Of a stretch of 51,547 nucleotides of DNA, positions 26,767 through 36,017 are shown piece after piece (positions within the stretch are counted from its first letter, which is position 1; each line of letters starts with the position of its first letter). The DNA lies in the IMG/VR virus record IMGVR_UViG_3300009684_000002, positions 1 through 51,547 of that record. One strand, given 5' to 3'. The notes below the pieces were generated by a model. That model was not told where the DNA came from, ran no database searches, and saw only the letters and a program-made list of their open reading frames with translations. A program made the translations under genes and the position numbers. The DNA is from a virus. Lineage: Duplodnaviria > Caudoviricetes.

Positions 26767-26991
26767 TTATTTTTTCCGAGGACGGCCCCTGGATTTAGAG
26801 GGAGCTGTTTGTTGAGACAACGCAACCCTGCCATAGATAGTCTTCTTGGCTAACTCCTCTGGCAAGTTATAAATGAATGCTCGTAGCCTCATCCGTTGCT
26901 CTGGATCTATGACCCCGGCAAGCACACTAAAGTCCTCGCCCAATGCGGCTAATCGCTTTGCTTCCTCAAGTGCTTCGTGTTGTAATTTCAT
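26767..26991 (-). CDS. Hypothetical protein with C-terminal AT-hook-like RGRPRK
   Basis: 74 aa ending SRGRPRKK. Confidence 0.55.
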   Translation of the reverse strand: MKLQHEALEEAKRLAALGEDFSVLAGVIDPEQRMRLRAFIYNLPEELAKKTIYGRVALSQQTAPSKSRGRPRKK

Positions 26992-27044
26992 TTATAAATA
27001 AAAATGCTTGTATTTAGAAAAAATTCGTCTAGTGCTTGCAATGT

Positions 27045-27239
27045 ATGAAAAACATATTCTCCAAGAACAACCTTGAAAGGGCTTGTGATGAGTGTGGTGG
27101 AACTGGAAGTGATTGGTATGATGAAGGCTTGGGTGAACCATGCTGGAAGTGCCAAGGCACAGGCCATATAGCTACCGACGAGGGTAAGGCTATCCTCCAA
27201 CTCATTGCACACCATCAGGGTAGTATCTTGCAATACTAA
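27045..27239 (+). CDS. Anti-TRAP-like / DnaJ-type zinc-finger protein
   Basis: NLERACDECGGTG...PCWKCQGTGHIATDEGKAILQLIAHH follows the anti-TRAP (RtpA) layout LE..CxxC..G...CxxC.G.G...T..G...L. Confidence 0.65.
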   Translation: MKNIFSKNNLERACDECGGTGSDWYDEGLGEPCWKCQGTGHIATDEGKAILQLIAHHQGSILQY

Positions 27240-27242
27240 TAA

Positions 27243-27494
27243 TTACTTTTCTAGTCTTCTCCATCGGTCACGCCAAAGGAGATCGGCTAGACGATTGGCA
27301 TAAGCTCTTACTTTCAATTCTGGAAGGTTAGGGTCAAGGATGTGTATCCCTTCGTGTAAAACAATATTGAGTCGTTTTTTACTTTTTAGTCTTGGGTCTA
27401 TTTCAATTAGCTTATCAGCAAAGATAGCCTGACCATCGTTTCGTTCTCTACCTAGCTTCCTATCCTCAATCTTAATACGCCCTGGTAATTTCAT
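27243..27494 (-). CDS. Small HExxH zinc metallopeptidase-like protein
   Basis: IEIDPRL...NIVLHEGIHIL; start revised to MKLPGR. Confidence 0.65.
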   Translation of the reverse strand: MKLPGRIKIEDRKLGRERNDGQAIFADKLIEIDPRLKSKKRLNIVLHEGIHILDPNLPELKVRAYANRLADLLWRDRWRRLEK

Positions 27495-27771
27495 AAGGCA
27501 TTTTGTAGAGATTGAGATTTGTATTTGCGCTACCACACATACACCTGATGGTTTTCATTTCTAATTCACCCTTTTTAAAAGCACGTTTTAAACGCTTTGA
27601 TGCAGCATCTTCAGATATATTTAGATGCTGTGACATTCGTTTAGAAGTAACCCATTCCGTATTATCAAAATCCTCTTCCCTTGGAACCTCTGATCCCATT
27701 GTTTGACCAATAGTATCAAGGATGCTTTTTCTTAAATCAGCCGAGGATGGGTTTAGTTTCTTTTGGCTCAT
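27472..27771 (-). CDS. Putative HTH DNA-binding protein
   Basis: WVTSKRMSQHLNISEDAASKRLKRAFKKGEL. Confidence 0.5.
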   Translation of the reverse strand: MSQKKLNPSSADLRKSILDTIGQTMGSEVPREEDFDNTEWVTSKRMSQHLNISEDAASKRLKRAFKKGELEMKTIRCMCGSANTNLNLYKMPYEITRAY

Positions 27772-28543
27772 AAGATATAATCTTGGTTGATGGTAATTCC
27801 CCTTTGTCACATCCCCTCCAATCTATGATTCCTACGCCGGGACGACATATCGAATCTCCAACAACCTTGTGAGCGTATTTAGTCAGCAACTGCCAAGCCG
27901 GAGTTACCATAAAGATTCCAGATCCATCGTTAAAGATTCCTCCCGTGTGTCGATGGCCTCGTAAATATATCTTTGGAACCTTATGACCTACACGGGAGTA
28001 ATTCTGTCGAGCATTGCCCATTGTTATAGACATCGCTCCTGCCTCAAGGTATGCCCTAGAACTCGTCGGCATATGGTGGGCAATATCAATGAGCGTTCCG
28101 TTAATTTCAAGCAGTCCCTTGTCACCTAGCCAAGTTGCTCCTATTTCTCTAGCAATCATCTTTTCCCAATCGCCCACATGGCATTCTGTTCCAGCAGTCA
28201 TATAAACCGCACAAGCCATTTTAGCCAGAGGTCGTAAACACTCAATAGCGGCAAGAGTATGATCCAAATTAAGAGCAGCAACAATTTCAGATGAACCATG
28301 ATGGCGACCCTCAATACAATCGCCATTGATGATCAAAGCAAACGGGGTGTCTTTAAAATGATTAGCAATCTTTTTATCCTTGTCCTGCCAACATTGCCAC
28401 AACCATTGTTGGTGGAGATTATTTCCTAATCCAATTGTGTTGCCAGTAGATGTCTCATGACCATCAGGCCACAACCCAACAGTAGAACCACAATGGAGAT
28501 CACTTACAATGACAACTCCAAGTGGCTTTTGTTTTTTAGTCAT
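27737..28543 (-). CDS. Calcineurin-like metallophosphoesterase
   Basis: VSDLHCG, INGDCIEG, GTECH, IAHH, RGHRH. Confidence 0.8.
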   Translation of the reverse strand: MTKKQKPLGVVIVSDLHCGSTVGLWPDGHETSTGNTIGLGNNLHQQWLWQCWQDKDKKIANHFKDTPFALIINGDCIEGRHHGSSEIVAALNLDHTLAAIECLRPLAKMACAVYMTAGTECHVGDWEKMIAREIGATWLGDKGLLEINGTLIDIAHHMPTSSRAYLEAGAMSITMGNARQNYSRVGHKVPKIYLRGHRHTGGIFNDGSGIFMVTPAWQLLTKYAHKVVGDSICRPGVGIIDWRGCDKGELPSTKIISYEPKETKPILG

Positions 28544-28853
28544 TAGATTGGTGGGAATATGGTTTTGGGGGGTGACTTGATGACAGCTCTTTTAAGATAA
28601 TAGCCGCATCCCTCAATGAGACTTCCTCATCTTCCATCATCTCTGCAAGAGTCTGCATAGATTTAAGCCGTTCAATCAAATGGTGATTGTAGCTAATAAG
28701 ATCCAACTGCTCATCACGAAGATTCTCTGCATACCATCCAGCCCCGGCAGTCCAGAATTGAGTCTTATGCTCTGCTTGACCAGTCTTATACTTTTGTAAA
28801 CCATTAGAACCAGCTTTTGACCAAATTTCAAAAGCATCTTGTTCAGCGTTCAT
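28536..28853 (-). CDS. MazG-like / nucleotide pyrophosphohydrolase-like helical protein
   Basis: GLQKY...ENLRDEQLDLISY resembles the KY...EExxDxxxY pattern of all-alpha NTP-PPase-like phage proteins. Confidence 0.5.
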   Translation of the reverse strand: MNAEQDAFEIWSKAGSNGLQKYKTGQAEHKTQFWTAGAGWYAENLRDEQLDLISYNHHLIERLKSMQTLAEMMEDEEVSLRDAAIILKELSSSHPPKPYSHQSND

Positions 28854-28858
28854 TATGG

Positions 28859-29023
28859 TTATTTCTTTTTCCACTTTGCAGCATTAGCCGCAAATGTAGC
28901 CATTTTTCTAACAGCAGGAGATTTACTGTGCTTTAGTTCAGCGGTAGTTTTACCAGTCTTTTTTTTGACAGCAGTGAATCTACCTTTGTGACTTTCTTTA
29001 ATATGAATGCCGCTTTTATTCAT
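28859..29023 (-). CDS. Small basic phage protein
   Basis: MNKSGIHIKESHKGRFTA...SPAVRKMATFAANAAKWKKK; start revised. Confidence 0.65.
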   Translation of the reverse strand: MNKSGIHIKESHKGRFTAVKKKTGKTTAELKHSKSPAVRKMATFAANAAKWKKK

Positions 29024-29195
29024 TGGTTGTTTTGGTTGAGAATCTATTCCAGACTCTATTGGGTTTGATATAGCCCAGAACATTACAGACATGGCAAGGA
29101 CTTTTATTGGTATCTTTAAAATCAGATAAGCACTCTGGACAATAACCATTCCAGTAAGCAACACAGCCTACAAACCATTTTAAGAGGGAGAGCAT
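29016..29195 (-). CDS. Small zinc-finger protein (59 aa, missing from ORF track)
   Basis: GYCPECL...PCHVCN. Confidence 0.45.
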   Translation of the reverse strand: MLSLLKWFVGCVAYWNGYCPECLSDFKDTNKSPCHVCNVLGYIKPNRVWNRFSTKTTNE

Positions 29196-29289
29196 CTGGT
29201 TGGTAAGTATTCTTTAAGTCAAGTTTCAAGTCAATACTCCACAGGCTAAAGAAATACAAAAGAGTAAAGGAAACTCCCCCCTGATCCCC

Positions 29290-29550
29290 CCACCATCAAG
29301 TAGGAAAGCCTGTCAGAAAAGAAAAGAAATTACTGCTCACCGAGAAATCTGCAAGCAGGGTATTTCCTCTCCTTTCAATCGGGTAGGGAGTTTTGATTCT
29401 CCAAAGCCGAGTTGTTGGATCATGTGGTACGCATTCACACCCACCCTCACTTGCTATAACGGGCAAGGGCCGCCAAGTGATGCGCCACTCAACGGCCCTT
29501 TGTTTCTTTTGAGAAAATGATGGGATCAGAATGGCGCAATCATTCAGATG
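29290..29550 (-). ncRNA. Candidate structured non-coding RNA / regulatory leader
   Basis: TTGACA-N18-CATATT (extended TG) at 29585-29556; 15-bp hairpin at 29465-29500 that pairs fully (with G.U) only on the - strand; second G.U-biased hairpin near 29332-29363. Confidence 0.4.
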
Positions 29551-29591
29551 AGGTGAATATGCCACACAATCCCAAAAAGTGTCAACATCCT

Positions 29592-30386
29592 TTATCCATC
29601 ATAACATCCACAAGGCATTTTGGGTGAATCGTTTTCGTCCAACCACTCAAACATCTTTAGTTGGTTATCATCAGCCGCAACAATATCGCTCCACTTTACT
29701 CCAAAGTGTAAACCTTCAATTCTACCTCTTACATTCATATTTTGTTCTAGTTGGATAGCTCGTTCAAAGTATTCTGGATAATCTTTACGGAGTCTAATAA
29801 TTTCTGCCAGTTTCATTGAGGGACAGAAGAAACAAGAAGACTTCCCTGGTAATGGCAGTCCATGACGATTTATTGTTTCAATGCATTCTTGTCTCCTCCA
29901 CATCCATTCAATAAGAGGAAACCAATTTTTAGCCACACGATTTTTTCCTAATAAATTTTCAGTGATTCCAGTTGCCCTATGGCCTTCTCCTGCGTCATAT
30001 CCAATGGCTTGATATACTGACTTTAAGTCAATCTGATCCATCCACTTCTTGATGAATTTTCTCTGTGGCTCTTGTTTGTATTTTAATGAACACGCTTTAA
30101 TTCCATAAGCCAAAGAAGGAAGTTGCTTTCTCCTTATGCATTCACCTTCTAGTCCTTCAAATTTACCTTGGTATTTCTTTGAAACAATTTCAATAGGCAT
30201 CCCCCACCACTCCATTGTCTTTTTAGACATCATCTCAATGTGGTTGTAGGTATGCGGCAATTCACCTCCAGTATCAGCAAAGATGATTAGCTCTGGCTTA
30301 ATGTCTCGTTCTCTAAACCCGCATAGCATCGCAACAGAATTTGTGCCACCTCCATAAGCCATAACAAGGGGTAGGTTATCTTTCAT
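29592..30386 (-). CDS. PAPS reductase-family (adenine nucleotide alpha-hydrolase) protein
   Basis: AYGGGTNS PP-loop variant, IFADTGGE, CSLKYK, IGYDAGE, KSSCFFCP, C-terminal CGCYDG; start revised to MKDNLP. Confidence 0.8.
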   Translation of the reverse strand: MKDNLPLVMAYGGGTNSVAMLCGFRERDIKPELIIFADTGGELPHTYNHIEMMSKKTMEWWGMPIEIVSKKYQGKFEGLEGECIRRKQLPSLAYGIKACSLKYKQEPQRKFIKKWMDQIDLKSVYQAIGYDAGEGHRATGITENLLGKNRVAKNWFPLIEWMWRRQECIETINRHGLPLPGKSSCFFCPSMKLAEIIRLRKDYPEYFERAIQLEQNMNVRGRIEGLHFGVKWSDIVAADDNQLKMFEWLDENDSPKMPCGCYDG

Positions 30387-30511
30387 GTAATCGTGGTTGT
30401 AAAAAAGAAACCCGAGATCCTTCACCAGTAATTTCTTATTGGGAGAGGGGTTGCCTCGGGACTGTTATGATAGTTTTTCAGTTGTATTCAAAAATAATTA
30501 TAGCGTCAAGT

Positions 30512-32440
30512 TCAGAAGCCGTCATCATCACAACCCCTGCCTCCATACCCCCAATCCTCTTCCATTTGTTCTTCCTCCACATTGTTTTTGCTGTGGATTA
30601 ATTTGTTCTCCCAGTCTCTTATTTCTTGAATGTCCAAGGAAACTGTCTCTTCCTCAAAATTAAACTCTAATCCTGCTTTTCGTAGCATTTGAACTGCATA
30701 AGTAAAAGAGTCAGCCAAATCGGGTGACTTCTTTAAGCGATGCTTCATGTCGAGCTTCTTCTCAACCGCAACTTTCCTGCCCTTGTGGGTATAAAGACGA
30801 CTGCAAAGTTCGTTTATCATTATCCCATGTTTATCCACATCAATGCCAACTAAACTTCTTGTTGACATAGCAGTATGAACAGCAAACCAATATTCGGTAA
30901 CAAGCCTATCGTATGCTTCTTTACAGGTTCTTTGATCCAAGTTGCTAATCTTTCGATCTGTGGGCATCCCCATTGAGGAAATAGGGAACAAGAACATTGC
31001 CTCTGGATGGTATTTGCTCCACTCAATGATAATTGCCCTCATCATCTTTCCTCCATCACCAGAAATATCCAATCCAAAGTCCCTTGGATGGACTCCATAT
31101 TCAATACAATCTTTAACCAATTGGATTGCTATGGATTCTTCAAAGACATCACCCACAGATGAGGAGTATTCTCTAGTTCCAAGGTAAAAACCTATGCTCC
31201 TTCCTGTATCATTCTGTCCCATACGACAAAAAGTAGCCGCACATCTATCTCCACCAGCGGTAAATGCCGGGTCAAATCCACAAACCACCTTGGTTCTCCC
31301 ACTCCAAATAGGTTCATAGTTTAAATTGCACCCTTGGATAAAGGCTTTTGAGAAAATTGTAAGCTCAACAGAGCTATCGGGCCACCATCCATAGACATTT
31401 CTCCAATACTCAAGGGCATTTTTGTTCCCGTAGCATCGTTTTAGGGTATTTGCTTCTCCTTGGATGGTAAGAAAGCGATCAAAGGGAGGTATTTCGGCAT
31501 CAGGTAGCTTAAAGTTTGGGCTATCTTCTCCAGAAAGGTGTAATGCAACCCCTGTGCGAGTCCTCCACTTCTTTGTATAGCGTGTAACTGACTCCCATTC
31601 CATAGGATCATCAGGTTGACACAACTCTGTATGAGGGTTATTGGCAGTAGCAGCAGGATTTGCCATCCCCCCAAAAATGAAATCAGGATTTGCTCCAAGG
31701 TTTACCCTGGTATCCAATGCGTAGAGATCCATTTCTGCCAACTCATCCAAAAACAACCTCATTCTGGCATTCTTACGACCTCTTGTATTCTCAACGGCTC
31801 GCTTTCCTTCTCCACCTTTAGGGAATGCCAATGCTTTGATGGCATTTGTATAGTCTCGTTCAGTATCTTTGGTATCAATGCTCTCAAAAACAATCATTCT
31901 ACGATATTCAACCAAATTTCCAATGGTTGCTCCCTTGTATTGGGCTTGGATGTTACGCATTGCAATTCTATAAAGGGTGCAAACCTTACCCCATAATCGG
32001 TCTTCTGAAGCATCCAAAGAGGTAGAAGCTACATAGGTTGAGGTAACATTTGGGGCGCAAAGCCAATCAATTACAATGCAAGCGGCAACAGAAAAGGTTT
32101 TTCCGCTGGATGCACACCCCGCAATACCCCAATCGTTTTCATTACAGAACAAATCTATAATATCCAAGGCATAGTTGTTGGGTATTCCTTGGGATTGGAG
32201 CAAAACATCATTGCCATAAATCAAATTAAAGCAATTGATCATGTGCTGTGTGGGATTCTTTAGGTCAGTATCTTCAATCCTGATCCCTCGTTTGATCCTT
32301 TCACGCCTACCAAACTCACCACGAGTATAAACGTATGCCATTAATTCCCTAATGAATTGGGGGCTACTCTCAAAATATGGAATGCCGTATGTAGTGTCTT
32401 TTGGTGTGTCCAGACAAAGACCGTTATAAATCATGTGCAA
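30512..32440 (-). CDS. terL: Terminase large subunit
   Basis: Walker A GCASSGKT, Walker B LFLDE, GMANP coupling motif, RuvC-like GFDPA and KSPDLADS. Confidence 0.85.
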   Translation of the reverse strand: MHMIYNGLCLDTPKDTTYGIPYFESSPQFIRELMAYVYTRGEFGRRERIKRGIRIEDTDLKNPTQHMINCFNLIYGNDVLLQSQGIPNNYALDIIDLFCNENDWGIAGCASSGKTFSVAACIVIDWLCAPNVTSTYVASTSLDASEDRLWGKVCTLYRIAMRNIQAQYKGATIGNLVEYRRMIVFESIDTKDTERDYTNAIKALAFPKGGEGKRAVENTRGRKNARMRLFLDELAEMDLYALDTRVNLGANPDFIFGGMANPAATANNPHTELCQPDDPMEWESVTRYTKKWRTRTGVALHLSGEDSPNFKLPDAEIPPFDRFLTIQGEANTLKRCYGNKNALEYWRNVYGWWPDSSVELTIFSKAFIQGCNLNYEPIWSGRTKVVCGFDPAFTAGGDRCAATFCRMGQNDTGRSIGFYLGTREYSSSVGDVFEESIAIQLVKDCIEYGVHPRDFGLDISGDGGKMMRAIIIEWSKYHPEAMFLFPISSMGMPTDRKISNLDQRTCKEAYDRLVTEYWFAVHTAMSTRSLVGIDVDKHGIMINELCSRLYTHKGRKVAVEKKLDMKHRLKKSPDLADSFTYAVQMLRKAGLEFNFEEETVSLDIQEIRDWENKLIHSKNNVEEEQMEEDWGYGGRGCDDDGF

Positions 32441-32486
32441 TAAGAATTGACAAATTTATAAAAAGAATGCAAATCATTTACGCAAC

Positions 32487-32876
32487 ATGAGATTAAAGGA
32501 TCGTAACGGGCCAATCCCATCGGGACTTTGGTATGAGTATAGCGATGACAAGGGAACAAAGTATCGTGTAAATGGAATGGAGCTTACTTATGGGGCATCC
32601 TTCACAAATAAGGTGAAGTCAGATATGCAAAATAACAATGTCCAAGTGCCAGATAATTTAGAATACTTGATTGAACAACAAATTTGTGGCAGGATTGCTG
32701 GTCAATATTGTTGGCAAGAGGCTGGCGACAAGGTAGCGAATGTAATTCATAGCTTCGCAAACCTTGGTGATCGTGTTGCGGCAAGCCTTGGCATTAACGC
32801 CAACCTTGAAAAAACCGCAAAAGGTTGCACCTCTTGTCAGAAACGCAGACAAGCAATGAATCAAACTTTAGGTTAA
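32487..32876 (+). CDS. Hypothetical Cys-motif protein preceding the portal
   Basis: QQIC...YC and GCTSCQKRRQAMN. Confidence 0.6.
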   Translation: MRLKDRNGPIPSGLWYEYSDDKGTKYRVNGMELTYGASFTNKVKSDMQNNNVQVPDNLEYLIEQQICGRIAGQYCWQEAGDKVANVIHSFANLGDRVAASLGINANLEKTAKGCTSCQKRRQAMNQTLG

Positions 32877-32877
32877 A

Positions 32878-35496
32878 ATGGCAAAAACAAAAAAGATTGT
32901 AAATCGTGAGGGAGTATCAAGTTGGGGTTTTAATACCATCAACTCCAATGGCGTAGCTCCTACTAGCCGAGTCCAAACGGCAAATGATGCGTTTACAATT
33001 TGTTGGAACCTTCGCCTTGATAATGCTGGTCGTGAACGTAAGTGGGGAAGGATTTACAAATGTTATAAGGGTTTTCCCCCTACGGATTATAGCCAAGTAG
33101 CTTCTCGCCAGTTGTCAGGAATGAGCAATGTGCCATTCCGACAGATGAAATTCATTGTTGATAACCAAAAATCCTCATTTGTGGATATGGTTATGGAGCG
33201 AAACACTGCTGCAAACATTGTTACCAAGATTGGAAATCCAACTGAAAAGAAACAATGGAGTGACTTAATCAGTATTGGATTTGATCGAATGCTTCGTTCT
33301 TGGACTTCCTACAATTACAATGTTGAGTTGGATGTTGAGGAGATGAGCCTTTATGGAAAAGGGTTTGAGATTGCGGAAGACCGGGATGGATGGCCTACAA
33401 AGAGCTTTCATAATTCTAATGTGTTAATTCCAGATAAAACGTATGCGGATCTCACGAACTTGGGGGAGATGTGCATTAAACGTAGCTACACACCCCTTGA
33501 GTTCTGGCTCAAGATTACTGGCGGGGAGGAAGATCCAGTAAAAGCACAGGCACACGCTACCGATATGGGTTGGAACTTCTGGGCTTGCGTGGATGCACTC
33601 CGAATGTTCACCACAAACTACCGCAATACTTATACAAATACGGAATGGTTGCGTGATGTAGCCTCTGGAAACCTTAATCTTTCTCGCCTCTACACACTTC
33701 GCATTGAGTTGTATGAACTTTACATTATGGAGTTCAACGGATCTATTTCAAAGATGCTCCTACTCCAAAACTACGGAGGACTTGTTCTTGGCTATAAAGA
33801 AAATGGACGTAAAGATTTAAGCGAAGAAGAGTATCGTGATCAGACGGGATTCCTTTATTACAAGAAAGATTGGGTAGAAAAGGATGGCGATGGTTGGGAA
33901 GACATCATTGCCCCAATGACTGACTCTACGGGTTCTGGTATTTGGCATGAGATCCAAGGTCTAGCTGAAGCTATCTTTATCCAATGCCGAGCTTACGACA
34001 TCCACATGAATCGTGCTTTTGATTCAATGGATTGGTCAACTCGTTTGATGCTTAAAGGAGGTTCTGCTGAATCTACAAAGAAGTTAAAGCAAATGGAGTG
34101 GCAGCCCTGGATGATCCTTCCCCAAGATGTTGAGCCAGCCCAAGTTAATTTGAGCGTTCCTCTTGGTGAGTTGTTTGCAGGGATGCAGATGTATCAGCAA
34201 GATATGTATCGTGGTATTGGTGCATACAATATTGGAAATTCTCAAAGAGGTGGAAAGCAACGCACAAAGGGTGAGGCAGAACTTGATGCCGCTGAATCTG
34301 CCAAACTCCAAGGAACCCAGATTCGTCGATTCAATGACAACCAGACTCGTTGGCTAAAGATGCTTTATAAACGCATGAGTCGCACAACCAAGGGCGGGTA
34401 TGGTTATAAACTCAAAGAGAAGTTTGTAGATTTCATGAATGAGAATGGCGTTCCAAAAGAAGCATGGAAGTGGGAGAATATTGAGAACTTTGAATCCAAT
34501 ATGCTTTCTGGCTCTGGAAGCCCATCTTATAAGCTGATGGCGGCACAACAGACTGTTTCACTCACGGGAATGACTCCTATTAATGATGGTCAGGCTAATG
34601 CTATTGCTGATGCCATTGCCGCACTCAATGGTCGTCAAAATGTTAATCGTTACTTCCAGCATACCAAGGTTGAGATTCCTGATGAACAAGGAATCATCTC
34701 GATGGAGAACATTGGAATGACTGATCCTAAAGGAAATGCCGCAAACTTCCGGGTATATCCAGATCAGAACCATGTGGAACATTTCAAGGGCCACATCCAA
34801 GATGCTGCTGTATCAATGCAGGAAGCCCAACAAGCTCTCCAAAGTGCAGGGGTTAATCCACAAGCACCTATTCGTGGTCAAGCTGCTGGCGGGGTTTCTG
34901 AAGAGGCTATTGAGCTTATTAAAGACATCTATGCTTGTCTCATGCGATTCAAGGGGCCACATCTTGTTGCCCACCTTGGATTCATCCAGAAAGATCCTTC
35001 CAAAAAGCAGATTGCACAACAATTTGGTCAGCAAATGCAACAGCTTCAGCGTGGTGTTGATGAGCTTGGTAGTCAGCTTGGACAGATTGAGCAAGCCAAA
35101 CAGCAATCTCAAGGTGATCAGTCCCAGAATATGTCACCAGAGCAAGTCAAACTTCACGCTCTGGTTGCCAAAGAGTCCATGCAAACTGACTTCCTCCAGA
35201 AGAAAGAGAACATTAAGCTAGCTGCAATGGCACAGAAAGCCAAGTTGCACGATGCAATGCACATGGAAAAAGCATCTACCGACCTTGCAATCAAGAGGGC
35301 AAAAGCCGCTAATGACATCCAGATCCACCGAGCAAAGGCATCACAGAATGCTAAAGTCATGGAGGATCAAAATACGCAAGAGTTAGATCACAATGAACAA
35401 CAGAACGCTCAAGACATGGCAGCTCAACAAGCCGCTATCGCACAGCAAGAAGCCATAACCACGCAAAACCCTAACACTGGACAAGAAAATGGATGA
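32878..35496 (+). CDS. Portal protein (podovirus/P22-like with Q-rich C-terminal barrel)
   Basis: 872 aa; position before scaffold and capsid; RTKGEA motif similar to the portal RTATE motif; long Q/A helical tail. Confidence 0.75.
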   Translation: MAKTKKIVNREGVSSWGFNTINSNGVAPTSRVQTANDAFTICWNLRLDNAGRERKWGRIYKCYKGFPPTDYSQVASRQLSGMSNVPFRQMKFIVDNQKSSFVDMVMERNTAANIVTKIGNPTEKKQWSDLISIGFDRMLRSWTSYNYNVELDVEEMSLYGKGFEIAEDRDGWPTKSFHNSNVLIPDKTYADLTNLGEMCIKRSYTPLEFWLKITGGEEDPVKAQAHATDMGWNFWACVDALRMFTTNYRNTYTNTEWLRDVASGNLNLSRLYTLRIELYELYIMEFNGSISKMLLLQNYGGLVLGYKENGRKDLSEEEYRDQTGFLYYKKDWVEKDGDGWEDIIAPMTDSTGSGIWHEIQGLAEAIFIQCRAYDIHMNRAFDSMDWSTRLMLKGGSAESTKKLKQMEWQPWMILPQDVEPAQVNLSVPLGELFAGMQMYQQDMYRGIGAYNIGNSQRGGKQRTKGEAELDAAESAKLQGTQIRRFNDNQTRWLKMLYKRMSRTTKGGYGYKLKEKFVDFMNENGVPKEAWKWENIENFESNMLSGSGSPSYKLMAAQQTVSLTGMTPINDGQANAIADAIAALNGRQNVNRYFQHTKVEIPDEQGIISMENIGMTDPKGNAANFRVYPDQNHVEHFKGHIQDAAVSMQEAQQALQSAGVNPQAPIRGQAAGGVSEEAIELIKDIYACLMRFKGPHLVAHLGFIQKDPSKKQIAQQFGQQMQQLQRGVDELGSQLGQIEQAKQQSQGDQSQNMSPEQVKLHALVAKESMQTDFLQKKENIKLAAMAQKAKLHDAMHMEKASTDLAIKRAKAANDIQIHRAKASQNAKVMEDQNTQELDHNEQQNAQDMAAQQAAIAQQEAITTQNPNTGQENG

Positions 35497-35731
35497 TAAA
35501 AAAGAATCTATAATTGTATCACATGAAGGGTGGTTTTTATTTTGTCCAATTTATTGGTCAGATGATAAAGAACAAGCAATTGCTAAATACGATCTTTTTT
35601 GGTTATTTGATTTAGCATTGCAAATTCAACAATTTAGAAACTGGGTTTTATCATTTTTTAATATTGAAGGTGGATTCCCATTTAACTTAAAACAATTAAA
35701 ACAACAAAAAGTAATAAGTTATCATGGATAA
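35489..35731 (+). CDS. AT-rich hypothetical protein (moron-like insert)
   Basis: 80 aa, markedly lower GC than the flanking head genes. Confidence 0.5.
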   Translation: MDDKKESIIVSHEGWFLFCPIYWSDDKEQAIAKYDLFWLFDLALQIQQFRNWVLSFFNIEGGFPFNLKQLKQQKVISYHG

Positions 35732-36002
35732 TAAAAACGTATTAAATCTAGCGGCATCAATTGTTAATGACAAACGATACAGCGAGTTAAAGACAGCAAT
35801 TTACGAGGATCTTGTAGCCAAAGATCACGCAACAGTTGTTTCGGTATTCAAGGCTCTCCAAGAATGGGCAACGGAAGCTGATGATAACAAGTTTGAGACA
35901 ATAGAACGTCCCAAAATAGCAAAAGTAAGCACACATGATTTGGATCTTGATCCCGATCTTGATGATTCACTCACACCAGAAGAAATCAACCTCCGCAAAT
36001 AA
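35724..36002 (+). CDS. Hypothetical head-module protein
   Basis: 92 aa between portal and scaffold. Confidence 0.6.
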   Translation: MDNKNVLNLAASIVNDKRYSELKTAIYEDLVAKDHATVVSVFKALQEWATEADDNKFETIERPKIAKVSTHDLDLDPDLDDSLTPEEINLRK

Positions 36003-36017
36003 CAACCACACAACGCC

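Noticed and set aside
29592-30386. Auxiliary metabolic cysH for sulfur assimilation or a complete Dnd phosphorothioation system
   Set aside because: No other cys or dnd genes are present, and the PP-loop is divergent (GGGTNS), so the function was left at family level
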